Of a DNA stretch of 35,223 nt, positions 1 to 9,085 are shown piece by piece; the first letter of the stretch is position 1, and the number at the start of each line of letters is the position of its first letter. Source of the stretch: Anaerolineae bacterium (GTDB lineage Bacteria > Chloroflexota > Anaerolineae > Aggregatilineales > Phototrophicaceae); the NCBI GenBank assembly GCA_034435735.1, contig DAOTWU010000437.1:1-35223 (forward strand). Direction: 5' to 3'. Made by a program: the position numbers and the translations under genes. The notes beneath the pieces were generated by a model, which did not search any database, was not told the DNA's origin, and was given only the letters and a program-made list of their open reading frames with translations.

Positions 1-717
1 CTACCGCCAGCGGTAAAACGCGCTTATGAATCTGCGGGAGCATATCGCTTAAACGAGGGCTATGGGATGAGCGAAACATCAGCAGCATCGCATTCGAACC
101 CGCTCATTGGTGAAGCGCGCCCGAACTCGGTAGGGATGCCATTGCCTGATATGGATGTGCGCATTGTAAGCCTAGAGGATGGTGAAACCGATGTGCCAAT
201 TGGCGAAGTCGGCGAGATTGTTATGAGTGGGCCCAATATTATGAGCGGCTACCATGGCATGCCGACAGAAACCGCCAATGCACTACGCGAGAAAGATGGG
301 AAAATCTGGCTATATTCTGGTGACATCGCTTATATGGATGAGGATGGTTATTTTTATATTGTAGACCGCAAGAAAGATATGGCACTTATTGGCGGCTACA
401 ATGTTTACCCCACTGCCGTAGAAAAAGCGATTAAAGACCATCCAGCTGTTTTAGAGGTCGCAGTAGCAGCCGTTCCCCATCCTGAAAAAGTTGGGCAAGA
501 AGCGCTCAAAGCATGGGTTGTCTTGCAACCTGGAGAGTCGTTGACTGAAGAAGCGCTAATCGCACATTGTGAGCAATATCTCGCCCCATATGAAATACCG
601 CGGCGCTGGGAATTTGTCGATGAAATCCCCAAAACCGCTGTAGGTAAAACACTACGGCGAGAATTGGTACAGCGCGAGTTAGAAGCCCAAGAGCGCGCCA
701 ACAAGCAAGATAGCTAG
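1..717 (+). CDS. AMP-dependent acyl-CoA synthetase/ligase, C-terminal part (5' end lies outside the window)
   Basis: Frame 1 is open from base 1 (LPPAVKRAYESAGAYRLNEGYGMSETS...), so tracked ORF 67..717 starts at an internal Met. Shows the YGMSE adenylation-core motif, the GDIAYMDEDGYFYIVDRKKD hinge region and the C-terminal PKTAVGKTLRREL motif. Confidence 0.85.
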   Translation, partial: LPPAVKRAYESAGAYRLNEGYGMSETSAASHSNPLIGEARPNSVGMPLPDMDVRIVSLEDGETDVPIGEVGEIVMSGPNIMSGYHGMPTETANALREKDGKIWLYSGDIAYMDEDGYFYIVDRKKDMALIGGYNVYPTAVEKAIKDHPAVLEVAVAAVPHPEKVGQEALKAWVVLQPGESLTEEALIAHCEQYLAPYEIPRRWEFVDEIPKTAVGKTLRRELVQRELEAQERANKQDS

Positions 718-721
718 ACAT

Positions 722-1252
722 TCATTTTGTTTCCTCTGCATCGGGGTCTGGCAAGTAATAGCCACGGTAAAAGGCTCTTGCTGGCCCCCGATTCATATAC
801 CACACCACATACAAAGACACGATAGCCGTAGCAATTAGGAAGTCTATCGCTTGTTGTCGAGCCGCATCTTGCCCGGAATCAAGGCCTGTTTCGGCCAAAG
901 ATGGGGTCTGTAGGAGCGGTGGCAGAACAAAAACAACGGTGAAAATGACCCCTAAAAGCAAAACAGCGCCAACAAACACATGGCGCATATACGCTGGTCT
1001 CCCACGCCAAGTTACGATGGCAATCACTAGGAAAGCGATAGCTAACCCTATTTCAAGTAACAAATTCGCTGTTGATAAACCCGTGATATTAAACCCAATA
1101 ACCGATTCTGGGCCAAAAGACATGATATGGCGGATGCGCAAGAGAAAATAAACATGTACCAACGGGATAAATGAGAAAATAATAACGCTACAAATAATAG
1201 CAAGGGTTACACCTAATGGGCGTCCTGGGCGTTCTGTTGAATTTATTGTCAT
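722..1252 (-). CDS. Hypothetical integral membrane protein (about 4 predicted TM helices)
   Basis: 176-aa ORF with four long hydrophobic stretches and no recognisable family motif. Convergent with the acyl-CoA ligase gene, with only 4 nt between the two stops. Confidence 0.55.
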   Translation of the reverse strand: MTINSTERPGRPLGVTLAIICSVIIFSFIPLVHVYFLLRIRHIMSFGPESVIGFNITGLSTANLLLEIGLAIAFLVIAIVTWRGRPAYMRHVFVGAVLLLGVIFTVVFVLPPLLQTPSLAETGLDSGQDAARQQAIDFLIATAIVSLYVVWYMNRGPARAFYRGYYLPDPDAEETK

Positions 1253-1344
1253 TAAAAAACATACTCCTAAGCAAAATTACCATATCCAAACAATACAAGT
1301 ATTGAAATATAGTGTAACGATTGTAAACTTTGACTACATTCCAA

Positions 1345-1374
1345 TTACCATTTATCTTATAGGTTTGCTATAAT
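1345..1374 (+). promoter_or_regulatory. Candidate sigma-70 promoter with extended -10 for the BTAD regulator gene
   Basis: TTACCA (1345-1350), 18-nt spacer, TGcTATAAT (1366-1374), in an AT-rich intergenic region about 45 nt upstream of the ATG at 1419. Confidence 0.4.
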
Positions 1375-1418
1375 TGGATACTAGTTATACATCTCATGAC
1401 TATAAGGGGTCTTAATCA

Positions 1419-2705
1419 ATGACCTTACACAGCCAGATAAATTCAGCATATAAGCTCTTAACAGAGCAACTAAATCAAGCAAAACTGTTATTGTTACATC
1501 CAGCAAGCCGTTATCGTTCTGTACTCATTGCAAAACTAGTCAATGATCCGGCTATACCGGTTTTCTATTATGCCATGGGGCCTGATGACCTCGACATTAA
1601 TGCTTTCATCGCTGGTCTCACTCATGATTTAATGAACCAGCACCCAACATTTGGGCGTCATCTTAATATGCTACCTGCCAGCGTTTTTGAAAACCCCGAA
1701 GACTCATTAGACATTCTACTAGAAACTTTCACAATAGAACTGGCCGAGTTTAGCGATGAGCCATTCGTATTCGTCCTGGATGAATATGACCGTAGCAATC
1801 CAGCAGATGACATCCAAAAATTCGTTGAACGCCTTTTAGATTGGTTACCCCCTAACTGCCGCATTGTCATCAACAGTCGTACAATGCCCCGTTTACCGTG
1901 GATTGCCCTAATCGCACGAGGGGATGCGCTAGTTTTGCGTGACCATACTATTGTACGCGATGAATTCTACCGTCCTAAAGCCGATGAGGTAGACATTGAG
2001 GTTTTCGCACTAGGGCCAGGATACGTGTTGCAAAATGGGAAACTGGTCAATACATGGGAAGGGCATTTACCACGATTATTATTGTTCTTTGCCCTAGACC
2101 AACCCATTATCACGCGCTCAGAAATATGTCGTGCATTTTGGCCAGATTTAACCGATGAACAAGCAGTAAACGTATTCCATGTGACGAAGCGCCGCTTACA
2201 CAAAGCATTAGACACTGAAGTTTTAATTCATGAAGATGGGTTTTATCGCTTTAACCCTGATATTCGTGTTTATTATGATTTAGACGAGTTTACAAGCAAT
2301 TTATTGCAGGGGCGCAACGAGGAAAAAGACTATGAGACCCGCCTTGCTGCTATGGAATGGGCGGTAAAACTCTATGATGGGCCATATTTGCAAGGCCATG
2401 ACGACCTATGGGCACAGGAACGTCGTAAATATTTCCGTTTCGGCTTCGCAGAAGCTATTGATTTTCTGGCACAAGACTGGTTAAAGCAGGGACGTAAAGA
2501 ACAAGCGTTATTGCTTTATCTAAAAGCCCTCAAAGAATCGCCGGAAAGAGAGGATATTCACCGCATTGTGATGCAACTCTACCAAGAGTTAGGGCGGCGC
2601 AGTGAAGCCGTTGCACATTATCGGGCATTGGCACATCTGTTAGAGCAAGAGAAGCGTGAACCTGAACCTGAAACTCAAGCAGTATATGAGCAAATCCTCG
2701 GTTAG
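1419..2705 (+). CDS. BTAD/SARP-like transcriptional activator with an N-terminal degenerate NTPase-like module
   Basis: The C-terminal half shows a winged-helix-like segment (LLLFFALDQPIITRSEICRAFWPDLTDEQAVNVFHVTKRRLHKAL). It is followed by a bacterial transcriptional activator domain pattern (YDGPYLQG...LWAQERR...ALLLYLKALKESPEREDIHRIVMQLYQELGRRSEAVAHYRAL). The N-terminal part has a Walker-B-like FVFVLDEYD but no P-loop. RBS AAGGGG lies 9 nt upstream. Confidence 0.75.
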   Translation: MTLHSQINSAYKLLTEQLNQAKLLLLHPASRYRSVLIAKLVNDPAIPVFYYAMGPDDLDINAFIAGLTHDLMNQHPTFGRHLNMLPASVFENPEDSLDILLETFTIELAEFSDEPFVFVLDEYDRSNPADDIQKFVERLLDWLPPNCRIVINSRTMPRLPWIALIARGDALVLRDHTIVRDEFYRPKADEVDIEVFALGPGYVLQNGKLVNTWEGHLPRLLLFFALDQPIITRSEICRAFWPDLTDEQAVNVFHVTKRRLHKALDTEVLIHEDGFYRFNPDIRVYYDLDEFTSNLLQGRNEEKDYETRLAAMEWAVKLYDGPYLQGHDDLWAQERRKYFRFGFAEAIDFLAQDWLKQGRKEQALLLYLKALKESPEREDIHRIVMQLYQELGRRSEAVAHYRALAHLLEQEKREPEPETQAVYEQILG

Positions 2706-2740
2706 CACAAAGCAAATACCTAATAGCTATAAACGAAAAA

Positions 2741-2770
2741 ACGCTCGCTAGATGGTTGGCGGGCGTTTTA
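2741..2770. terminator. Bidirectional intrinsic terminator between the regulator gene (+) and tRNA-Arg (-)
   Basis: 8-bp stem ACGCTCGC (2741-2748) / GCGGGCGT (2759-2766), including one G-U pair, with a 10-nt loop. Flanked by an A-run (AAAAAA) upstream and TTTTA downstream, so a U-tract follows the hairpin on both strands. Confidence 0.6.
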
Positions 2771-2777
2771 TATTGTG

Positions 2778-2850
2778 CGCCCCCGGCAGGATTCGAACCT
2801 GCGACCAACGGTTTAGAAGACCGCTGCTCTGTCCACTGAGCTACGGAGGC
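2778..2850 (-). tRNA. tRNA-Arg (anticodon UCU)
   Basis: The reverse complement folds by hand into a 73-nt cloverleaf. Acceptor GCCTCCG/CGGGGGC, D-arm GCTC-AGTGGACA-GAGC, anticodon arm GCGGT-CTTCTAA-ACCGT (anticodon TCT), variable loop TGGTC, T-arm GCAGG-TTCGAAT-CCTGC, discriminator G. CCA is not encoded. Confidence 0.9.
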
Positions 2851-2980
2851 TAAAGCCTTGACATTATACTTAAAACAATGATTTGTGAAAACGGTAAAAA
2901 CTTTTTGACTATAAATTTTCAAATAGGTCTATAGGATTATGAAGCCCTCATATTATAGAACAAATATTCCCAAACTTCGA

Positions 2981-3009
2981 TTGTATGAAGGCAATGACTG
3001 GTGTATAAT
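2981..3009 (+). promoter_or_regulatory. Candidate sigma-70 promoter for gyrB
   Basis: TTGTAT (2981-2986), 17-nt spacer, TATAAT (3004-3009). Implies a 5' leader of about 170 nt. Confidence 0.45.
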
Positions 3010-3182
3010 TAAGGAAGATTTGTATTCAATTTTGGAGACAAAAACCCTGCTAAAGCGCCCAGCATGGGCTTTTCCTAAAAAGCGGAAACATCCTTTATAG
3101 CAGGTTATAAAAACAGGCAAAGCACCTGTGAAGTTGTCATATTGTTTACAGGTGTGAGCAAGAAACCATCAAGGAGTCTGGC

Positions 3183-5153
3183 ATGGCAAAACAGGAGACC
3201 GCAGCGCAATATACGGCGAAGGATATTGAGCATCTATCGCCGATGGAGCATGTGCGGCGTCGCCCAGGTATGTATGTGGGTGGCACGGACATACGAGCGC
3301 TGCACCATTTAATTTACGAAGTTGTAGATAACTCAATTGACGAAGCCCTTGCAGGGCGCTGTGACCGTGTGGTCATCACTTTGCACAAAGATAATGCCGT
3401 ATCTATCTCAGATAATGGTGCTGGCATTCCAGTTGATACTCATGAATCTGGCCGTTCTGCGTTAGAAGTTGTTATGACCGAAATCGGCGCAGGCGGCAAA
3501 TTTGGCAATAACGCCTATAAAGTCAGTGGTGGTTTGCACGGTGTTGGCGTTTCAGCAGTAAATGCCCTATCGGAATGGCTAGTTGCACGGGTTTACCGTG
3601 ATGGCTATGTATGGGAACAGCGCTATGAGCGCGGTCGGGTGGTTTCTGCGGTTAACAAAGTGCGACCACTCGAACCAGGTGAGGAGACAGGCACTACCAT
3701 TACCCTAAAACCAGACTTTCGGGTGATGGATAAGAATGAGTTCAACTTTAACACTTTAGCACAGCGCTTCCGCGAAATGGCCTTTGTAACGCGCCGTGTC
3801 ACCATTACTTTACGAGATGAACGCGAAGGCCCTATCCCGCGCGAAATCACTTTCTATTTTGAAGGCGGTTTAGCGTCTTTTGTACGCTATTTGAACCGCA
3901 ATCGTAAACCGTTCCATGATCCAATTTATGCAGAGCGGGCTGTAACTATTGAAGTTGAAGGCAAAGAATCATTTGATATTGCAGTAGAAATTGCACTGCA
4001 ATATAGCGATGCTTCTACCGTAACAGAGCTAGCCTTTACCAATACCATCAACACACCTGATGGCGGTACGCATATTACAGGTATGCGCTCTGCCCTTACC
4101 AGCGTATTGAATCGCTATGCTCGCGCACAGAAGATGCTGAAGGATAAAGATGCCAACTTCACCGGGAATGACACCCTAGAAGGGCTAACAGCGATTGTCA
4201 GCATCAAGCATCCAGACCCGCAATTCGAGAGCCAAACCAAGGTGAAACTACTTAACCCTGAAGTTCAAGGGGCAGTCTCTCAAGTGGTTTCGGATGCTTT
4301 ACAGGAATTTTTGGAGCGCAACCCGCGCGAGGCGCGACGCATCATTGAAAAATGTATGACTAGCAAGCGTGCCCGTGAAGCCGCCCGTAAAGCCCGTGAA
4401 TTGGTGCGCAGTGGCCCCAGCTTATTAGAAAGCAGCACCTTGCCCGGTAAACTCGCGGACTGCTCTCAACACGGTCCAGATGCTGAAATTTACATCGTTG
4501 AGGGCGATTCTGCGGGTGGTTCGGCCAAGCAAGGGCGTGACCGCCATTTCCAAGCCGTGCTGCCATTACGCGGTAAAATCTTGAACACAGAACGGGCACG
4601 GCTAGATAAAATTCTGGACAACAATGAAATTAAAGCCCTTGTCTCGGCATTGGGAACAGGTATCAGCGATGATTTCAATGTCGAAAACTTGCGCTATGGG
4701 CGAGTCATTATCATGACCGATGCTGATGTGGATGGTAGCCACATTCGCACCTTGCTTTTGACCTTCTTCTTCCGCCATATGCAACCACTTATCCAAAATG
4801 GGCATCTTTATATCGCCCAACCGCCAATCTACTTACTGCGCAACGGACGTGAGCGTGAATATGTGTATTCGCAGGCTGGCTTATCTGAAGCGGAACTATT
4901 GGCGCAAGCACTAAAGAAATACAAGAACCCTGACCGCGTGGTCGTACAGCGCTACAAAGGTCTAGGTGAGATGAACCCTGATCAGTTGTGGGAAACCACA
5001 ATGGACCCCGCTAATCGCACCTTATTGCAGGTCACCATCGAGGATGCTGCAGAGGCTGACCGTGTGTTTGATATGTTGATGGGAAGTAGCGTGCCACCAC
5101 GCCGCCGCTTCATCCAAACACACGCCCGCGATGTGCGTAACCTTGACGTTTAG
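3183..5153 (+). CDS. gyrB: DNA gyrase subunit B
   Basis: 656 aa. N-terminal GHKL ATPase ([29 protein letters not shown]), Toprim [36 protein letters not shown]-terminal [27 protein letters not shown] lies 6 nt upstream of the ATG. Confidence 0.97.
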   Translation: MAKQETAAQYTAKDIEHLSPMEHVRRRPGMYVGGTDIRALHHLIYEVVDNSIDEALAGRCDRVVITLHKDNAVSISDNGAGIPVDTHESGRSALEVVMTEIGAGGKFGNNAYKVSGGLHGVGVSAVNALSEWLVARVYRDGYVWEQRYERGRVVSAVNKVRPLEPGEETGTTITLKPDFRVMDKNEFNFNTLAQRFREMAFVTRRVTITLRDEREGPIPREITFYFEGGLASFVRYLNRNRKPFHDPIYAERAVTIEVEGKESFDIAVEIALQYSDASTVTELAFTNTINTPDGGTHITGMRSALTSVLNRYARAQKMLKDKDANFTGNDTLEGLTAIVSIKHPDPQFESQTKVKLLNPEVQGAVSQVVSDALQEFLERNPREARRIIEKCMTSKRAREAARKARELVRSGPSLLESSTLPGKLADCSQHGPDAEIYIVEGDSAGGSAKQGRDRHFQAVLPLRGKILNTERARLDKILDNNEIKALVSALGTGISDDFNVENLRYGRVIIMTDADVDGSHIRTLLLTFFFRHMQPLIQNGHLYIAQPPIYLLRNGREREYVYSQAGLSEAELLAQALKKYKNPDRVVVQRYKGLGEMNPDQLWETTMDPANRTLLQVTIEDAAEADRVFDMLMGSSVPPRRRFIQTHARDVRNLDV

Positions 5154-5174
5154 ACATATCCTCAAAGATAAAGC

Positions 5175-5209
5175 AAAACACCCGATGAAATATAGTAGTC
5201 GGGTGTTTT
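5175..5209. terminator. Bidirectional intrinsic terminator between convergent gyrB and the ABC ATPase gene
   Basis: AAAACACCCGA (5175-5185) / TCGGGTGTTTT (5199-5209) hairpin with a 13-nt loop. The A-run and T-run flanks give a U-tract in both directions. Confidence 0.7.
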
Positions 5210-5217
5210 ATATTCCC

Positions 5218-6225
5218 TTATTTCAAAGGAATGATTGCATCTTCTGGCAAATCAAGCGTGATTGACTGGCCAATTTTGGGGATGTCTATTTGTGCTGGTA
5301 AATACATAATTAGCTCTATACCTGATTCATGGCGTAAGTAGAGGCGATAATTCATCCCCAAAAACAAATGGTTGGTAACCTGTGCAGTAAACAAACCGGA
5401 TTGGCTCAAGCTTAATCGTGCAGGATGAAGCAATAGTGTTCGAGGATTGCCTTTTACGGGAAAATCCCCCAATGGTGTACGGGCAAAACCATTTTCAATA
5501 TTATTGATATTAACCAGATTGCTAAGCCCCAAAAAGCGCGCAACAAACGTGGTCTTTGGTGACCAGTAAAGCTCTTCTGCTGTACCAATTTGCTCGATAT
5601 GCCCCTGCTGCATCACAACAATACGGTCAGCAATAGCATATGCTTCAGATTGATCATGAGTAACGTAAATCGCTGTCAAGCCAAGTTGTTTGATAATATC
5701 ACGCAACTCAAGCACCAAATGCTCACGCAGAGCAGCATCTAAAGAACCCAACGGTTCATCAAGCATCAATAATTTAGGACTGGGGGCAAGGCTACGAGCA
5801 AGCGCAACACGTTGGCGCTCTCCGCCAGAAAGTTGAGCAACATCCCGCGAGGCGAAACCGCTCAGGCCAACCAGCGATAAAACCTCTTGAACACGTTGTG
5901 CACGCTCTTCTGGCCGAAGTTTACGCATACGCAACCCAAAAGCCACATTTTCAGCTACGTTGAGGTGCGGAAATAATGCAAAATCCTGAAACATCAAACC
6001 CACACCACGCTGATGTGGTGGCACATCGTTCAATAATTGGTTGTTGGCGTAGATAACTCCACTATCTGGCTGTTCTAAGCCAGCAATAAGGCGTAGTAAC
6101 GTTGTTTTACCACAACCACTAGGGCCAAGCAGGCAAATAATTTCACCAGCAACTATTTCTAGGTTGATATGATTCAGTACGGGATGGGCATTATAGGACT
6201 TTGACAAATCTTCGATGCGCAGCAT
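5218..6225 (-). CDS. thiQ: ABC transporter ATP-binding protein, thiamine importer (ThiQ-like with C-terminal TOBE-like extension)
   Basis: Walker A GPSGCGKTT, signature LSGGERQR, Walker B LLMLDEP, H-loop YVTHDQ. Last gene of an operon headed by a TPP riboswitch. Its start overlaps the permease stop (TAATG). Confidence 0.8.
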   Translation of the reverse strand: MLRIEDLSKSYNAHPVLNHINLEIVAGEIICLLGPSGCGKTTLLRLIAGLEQPDSGVIYANNQLLNDVPPHQRGVGLMFQDFALFPHLNVAENVAFGLRMRKLRPEERAQRVQEVLSLVGLSGFASRDVAQLSGGERQRVALARSLAPSPKLLMLDEPLGSLDAALREHLVLELRDIIKQLGLTAIYVTHDQSEAYAIADRIVVMQQGHIEQIGTAEELYWSPKTTFVARFLGLSNLVNINNIENGFARTPLGDFPVKGNPRTLLLHPARLSLSQSGLFTAQVTNHLFLGMNYRLYLRHESGIELIMYLPAQIDIPKIGQSITLDLPEDAIIPLK

Positions 6226-7931
6226 TAAAATTCCCCTACTCCAACCGTACGCACGCGCTCAATAATTAAAAAACTAATGGCACATACAGCCATAAGAATA
6301 ACGCTCAAAGCTAAAGCACGTTCAAAATTACCACTGATGGGTTGCTCTAATAATCGAAAAATGACAATGGGCATTGTTGGGGTGTCTGGTCTAGCGATAA
6401 AAAGCGATGCGCCAAACTCCCCCATGCTCACAGTAAATGCGAATGTTGCACCAACGACAATCCCACGACTGATTAGCGGTAAATCAATCCAGCGCCACAC
6501 CCGCCACGGAGACGCGCCCAGATTGGCGGCAGCTTCTTGCATATGTGGGGGAATGCTACGCAAAACGGGCAACACACTGCGGACAACAAAAGGCATCGCC
6601 ACTAATGTATGGGCAATGGGAATAAGCACCCATGATGTGCGCAAATTCAGCGGCGGTTCATCAAGTGCGATAATGAAACCAAAGCCAAGTGTTACGGCAC
6701 TGGTGGCTAATGGCAGCATAAAAAGTGGATCTAATAGGCGGGTTAATTTTGTTGGGCGGCGCCCCAGAAGATAGGCGGTGAGAATCCCCAACAACACTGA
6801 TAAAACTGTTGTCATGATTGCGAAAACAAGCGAATTCCCTATGGCCTGGATAGGGGGCACAAAAGTAATTGAGTTGCGCGGATTTTCTGCCAACGAGAGA
6901 TAATAAGCAAATGTGTAGATACCATCGCGACCACGTAAAGACCGCAAAATAAGTGCAAAAAGTGGAGCGAAAAGCAAGACAACAATGAACAATACATTTA
7001 CCCAAACAAGCATTTGTTGCGCCAAAGTGCGCGGGCGACGTGCAATGTGTTGGGAACTTTGAAGTGCTACTGTCGTATTCCGCCGTTGAAGATGGGTATA
7101 AACGCCCATCATCAAGAGCATAATACTTACTTGGATTAACGATAAAATGGCGGCCAAAGGTAAATTGAGAAAATTGGTGGCTTGTAAATAGATTTCTACT
7201 TCTAAGGTTGCGAAGCGAGGACCTCCCAGAATCAATACAACACCAAAACTGGTGAATGTGAAGATAAATACGAGGACTGCCGCAGCGAAAATCGCGGGGC
7301 GTAACAATGGCAGGCGCACATGCCACCATAAGCGCCACCCGTGAGCGCCTAAAACTCTGGCCGCCTCTTCAATATGAAGCGTTTGGTTCGCCCAATATCC
7401 CGCTATCATACGTAAGGCTACTGCATAGTTATAAAAGACATGCACAATTAGAATAATTGTTAGTGTGCGCTCAAGTTGTATTGGTGGCTCGGAAAGAGCG
7501 AAAGCCGACATCAGTAGATTATTCAGCACGCCACCCTGTCCGATAAGTGCTTTGAACGCTGAAGCAACGACGACTGTCGGCAAAACAAAGGGCAAAGTGG
7601 AGAGCGAGAGCAAAACAGAGCGGCCAGGAAAACGATAGCGCGTAATCACATATGCCCCCGGCAAGGCGAGAATTAAGGTTAGCAATGTGGATAAAATGGC
7701 TTGATATAGGGTAAACCAAAGAACGTTGTAATAGCGGGGGCGGTTAAAAAATTCAGCCAGCCCGGTTAAATCTAAAGAGCCATTTGGCCAGAGGCTGAGT
7801 GAGAAAATAGAGAATAACGGATAAAAGAAAAAGAGAAGCAGAAAGGCGAGCGGTATGAGTAAAACCCCATACCGCCCAACCTGTTGCCAATTATGACGTA
7901 GCCGTTTTACCGCAGTACGGCTTCGGTCCAC
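6225..7931 (-). CDS. thiP: ABC transporter permease, duplicated 12-TM type (ThiP-like)
   Basis: 568 aa with two tandem MetI-like membrane domains, as in ThiP/FbpB-type permeases. The start is a GTG at 7931 that overlaps the upstream binding-protein gene by 25 nt. No alternative in-frame start is nearby, and the RBS is weak. Confidence 0.8.
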   Translation of the reverse strand: MDRSRTAVKRLRHNWQQVGRYGVLLIPLAFLLLFFFYPLFSIFSLSLWPNGSLDLTGLAEFFNRPRYYNVLWFTLYQAILSTLLTLILALPGAYVITRYRFPGRSVLLSLSTLPFVLPTVVVASAFKALIGQGGVLNNLLMSAFALSEPPIQLERTLTIILIVHVFYNYAVALRMIAGYWANQTLHIEEAARVLGAHGWRLWWHVRLPLLRPAIFAAAVLVFIFTFTSFGVVLILGGPRFATLEVEIYLQATNFLNLPLAAILSLIQVSIMLLMMGVYTHLQRRNTTVALQSSQHIARRPRTLAQQMLVWVNVLFIVVLLFAPLFALILRSLRGRDGIYTFAYYLSLAENPRNSITFVPPIQAIGNSLVFAIMTTVLSVLLGILTAYLLGRRPTKLTRLLDPLFMLPLATSAVTLGFGFIIALDEPPLNLRTSWVLIPIAHTLVAMPFVVRSVLPVLRSIPPHMQEAAANLGASPWRVWRWIDLPLISRGIVVGATFAFTVSMGEFGASLFIARPDTPTMPIVIFRLLEQPISGNFERALALSVILMAVCAISFLIIERVRTVGVGEF

Positions 7932-8962
7932 GCTTCAATCCATTCTTCTCGATTTGCTTCAATATCAGCATAATCCAGCGCTGCAGGATTTTCTGGTATG
8001 GCGGCGTATTGGGCGAAAATCTCTGGCAGCTCTGCTTCTGGGTTCACTGGAAATACAAACATCTGCAAAGGCATATCTTCTTGGAAAGGTTCACTCAGCA
8101 AGAAATCAATGAGTTGCTGCGCCTCTTCCTCATGTTCCGTGCCCGCTAGAATACCAGCAAATTCGATTTGGCGGAAGCAAGTGCCATCAGCAACAATAGC
8201 AGCGGTTGTCGGTTCTTCAAGGTCTTCAGCGAAGAAGAATTCAACAGGCGGGCTGCTGGCGTAGCTGACAACTAAGGGGCGGTCACCATCTTCGCTGGGC
8301 ACAGTGAAATAGTTGAAATAGGCTTCACTCCAGCCATCAGTAATGATGACATCATTTTCGATGAGGTCGGTCCAGAAATCCAGATAGGTGTAATCCCCTT
8401 CTGTACCAAATTCGGCGATTGTAGCCAGCAAGAAGGCCAAACCCGGTGAGGATGTGGCAGGATTTTGAACGACCAGTAACCCTTTATAAGCAGGGTCAGT
8501 TAAATCCGCTAGAGATTCAGGGATAGGCAAATCATGCTCTTCAAAATAGGTGATGTCGTAATTCAGGCAAACATCGCCATAATCAATTGGGGTAACGCGA
8601 TGTTCTTCGTCAAGAATGAATTCTTCCGGAATACCTTCTAATAGCGGCGATTCATAGGGAACAAACAAATCAGCTTCTAGTGCTCGGCTGAGGAAGGTGT
8701 TATCGACACCGAAAAGAACATCGCCTAGAGGGTTGTTTTTGGAAAGAATAGATTGGTTGAGCATTTGCCCCGCGTCGCCAGCGCGAAGAATTTCTACTGT
8801 GATACCAGTTTCTTCGGTAAAAGCAGCCAAAACTTCCTCGCTGACATTGAAGCTGTCATGAGTGACTAAAGTAATTGTTACGCCCTCATCTTCTTGGGCA
8901 AAGGCGAAACCCATCAGCAAGAGCAGCACAGCAAATAGTGAAAACAATTTAGCACGCATCAT
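7907..8962 (-). CDS. thiB: Thiamine ABC transporter substrate-binding protein (ThiB/TbpA family)
   Basis: Start trimmed from 9043 to the ATGATG at 8962, which is preceded by AGGAGGAG 7 nt upstream and gives a signal peptide MMRAKLFSLFAVLLLLMGFAFA. ThiB-like blocks TSSPGLAFLL, GWSEAY, SYASSP and a C-terminal EWIEAWTEAVLR resembling the E. coli ThiB C-terminus (from memory). Confidence 0.85.
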   Translation of the reverse strand: MMRAKLFSLFAVLLLLMGFAFAQEDEGVTITLVTHDSFNVSEEVLAAFTEETGITVEILRAGDAGQMLNQSILSKNNPLGDVLFGVDNTFLSRALEADLFVPYESPLLEGIPEEFILDEEHRVTPIDYGDVCLNYDITYFEEHDLPIPESLADLTDPAYKGLLVVQNPATSSPGLAFLLATIAEFGTEGDYTYLDFWTDLIENDVIITDGWSEAYFNYFTVPSEDGDRPLVVSYASSPPVEFFFAEDLEEPTTAAIVADGTCFRQIEFAGILAGTEHEEEAQQLIDFLLSEPFQEDMPLQMFVFPVNPEAELPEIFAQYAAIPENPAALDYADIEANREEWIEAWTEAVLR

Positions 8963-8968
8963 GGGGGT

Positions 8969-9017
8969 ACTCCTCCTAAAATAGATACTTAACACATAAA
9001 GCGGATAAGGGAGGAGT
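8969..9017 (-). promoter_or_regulatory. Shine-Dalgarno-sequestering helix in the thiB leader
   Basis: On the minus strand, ACUCCUCC (9017->9010) is perfectly complementary (8 bp) to the thiB SD GGAGGAGU (8976->8969), with a 33-nt loop. Confidence 0.5.
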
Positions 9018-9037
9018 TCGGCAACCGTCTGAATAGA

Positions 9038-9070
9038 AGCCACCCCTAACGGGGTGTCATAGGGGTGGCT
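9038..9070 (-). terminator. Terminator-like expression-platform hairpin downstream of the TPP aptamer
   Basis: On the minus strand, AGCCACCCCU (9070->9061) pairs perfectly (10 bp) with AGGGGUGGCU (9047->9038). It is followed by UUCUAUUC. An alternative inner hairpin CACCCC/GGGGUG (9056->9041) is also possible. Confidence 0.45.
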
Positions 9071-9085
9071 ACCACGGCAAATATT

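Noticed and set aside
722-2850. Genomic island integrated at tRNA-Arg
   Set aside because: There is no integrase, recombinase or phage gene, and no direct repeat of the tRNA 3' end was seen within the window. Only a mild AT skew in the regulator gene remains, and it is recorded as a low-interest note instead.
2530-2922. 130-aa minus-strand ORF spanning the regulator 3' end, the terminator and the tRNA
   Set aside because: It reads straight through a perfect tRNA-Arg cloverleaf and an intrinsic terminator, so it is a spurious ORF.
2851-3182. Possible replication origin next to gyrB
   Set aside because: No dnaA, dnaN or recF is nearby, and no cluster of DnaA boxes (TTATCCACA or its complement) is visible in the 330-nt gap. 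The AT-richness is explained by promoters and the leader.
6277-7338. Long alternative-frame ORFs (165 aa on the plus strand, 225 aa on the minus strand) within the thiP permease gene
   Set aside because: They lie completely within a 12-TM permease gene whose own frame gives clean hydrophobic helices. The alternative frames give Arg/Ser/Cys-rich nonsense and have no start context.
8963-9043. N-terminal extension of the thiB ORF (tracked start 9043), and similar extensions at 11469, 17818, 20218 and 26023
   Set aside because: Each extension runs through promoter, riboswitch or upstream-gene sequence and lacks an RBS. Internal ATGs with good Shine-Dalgarno spacing give the expected signal peptides or conserved N-termini.
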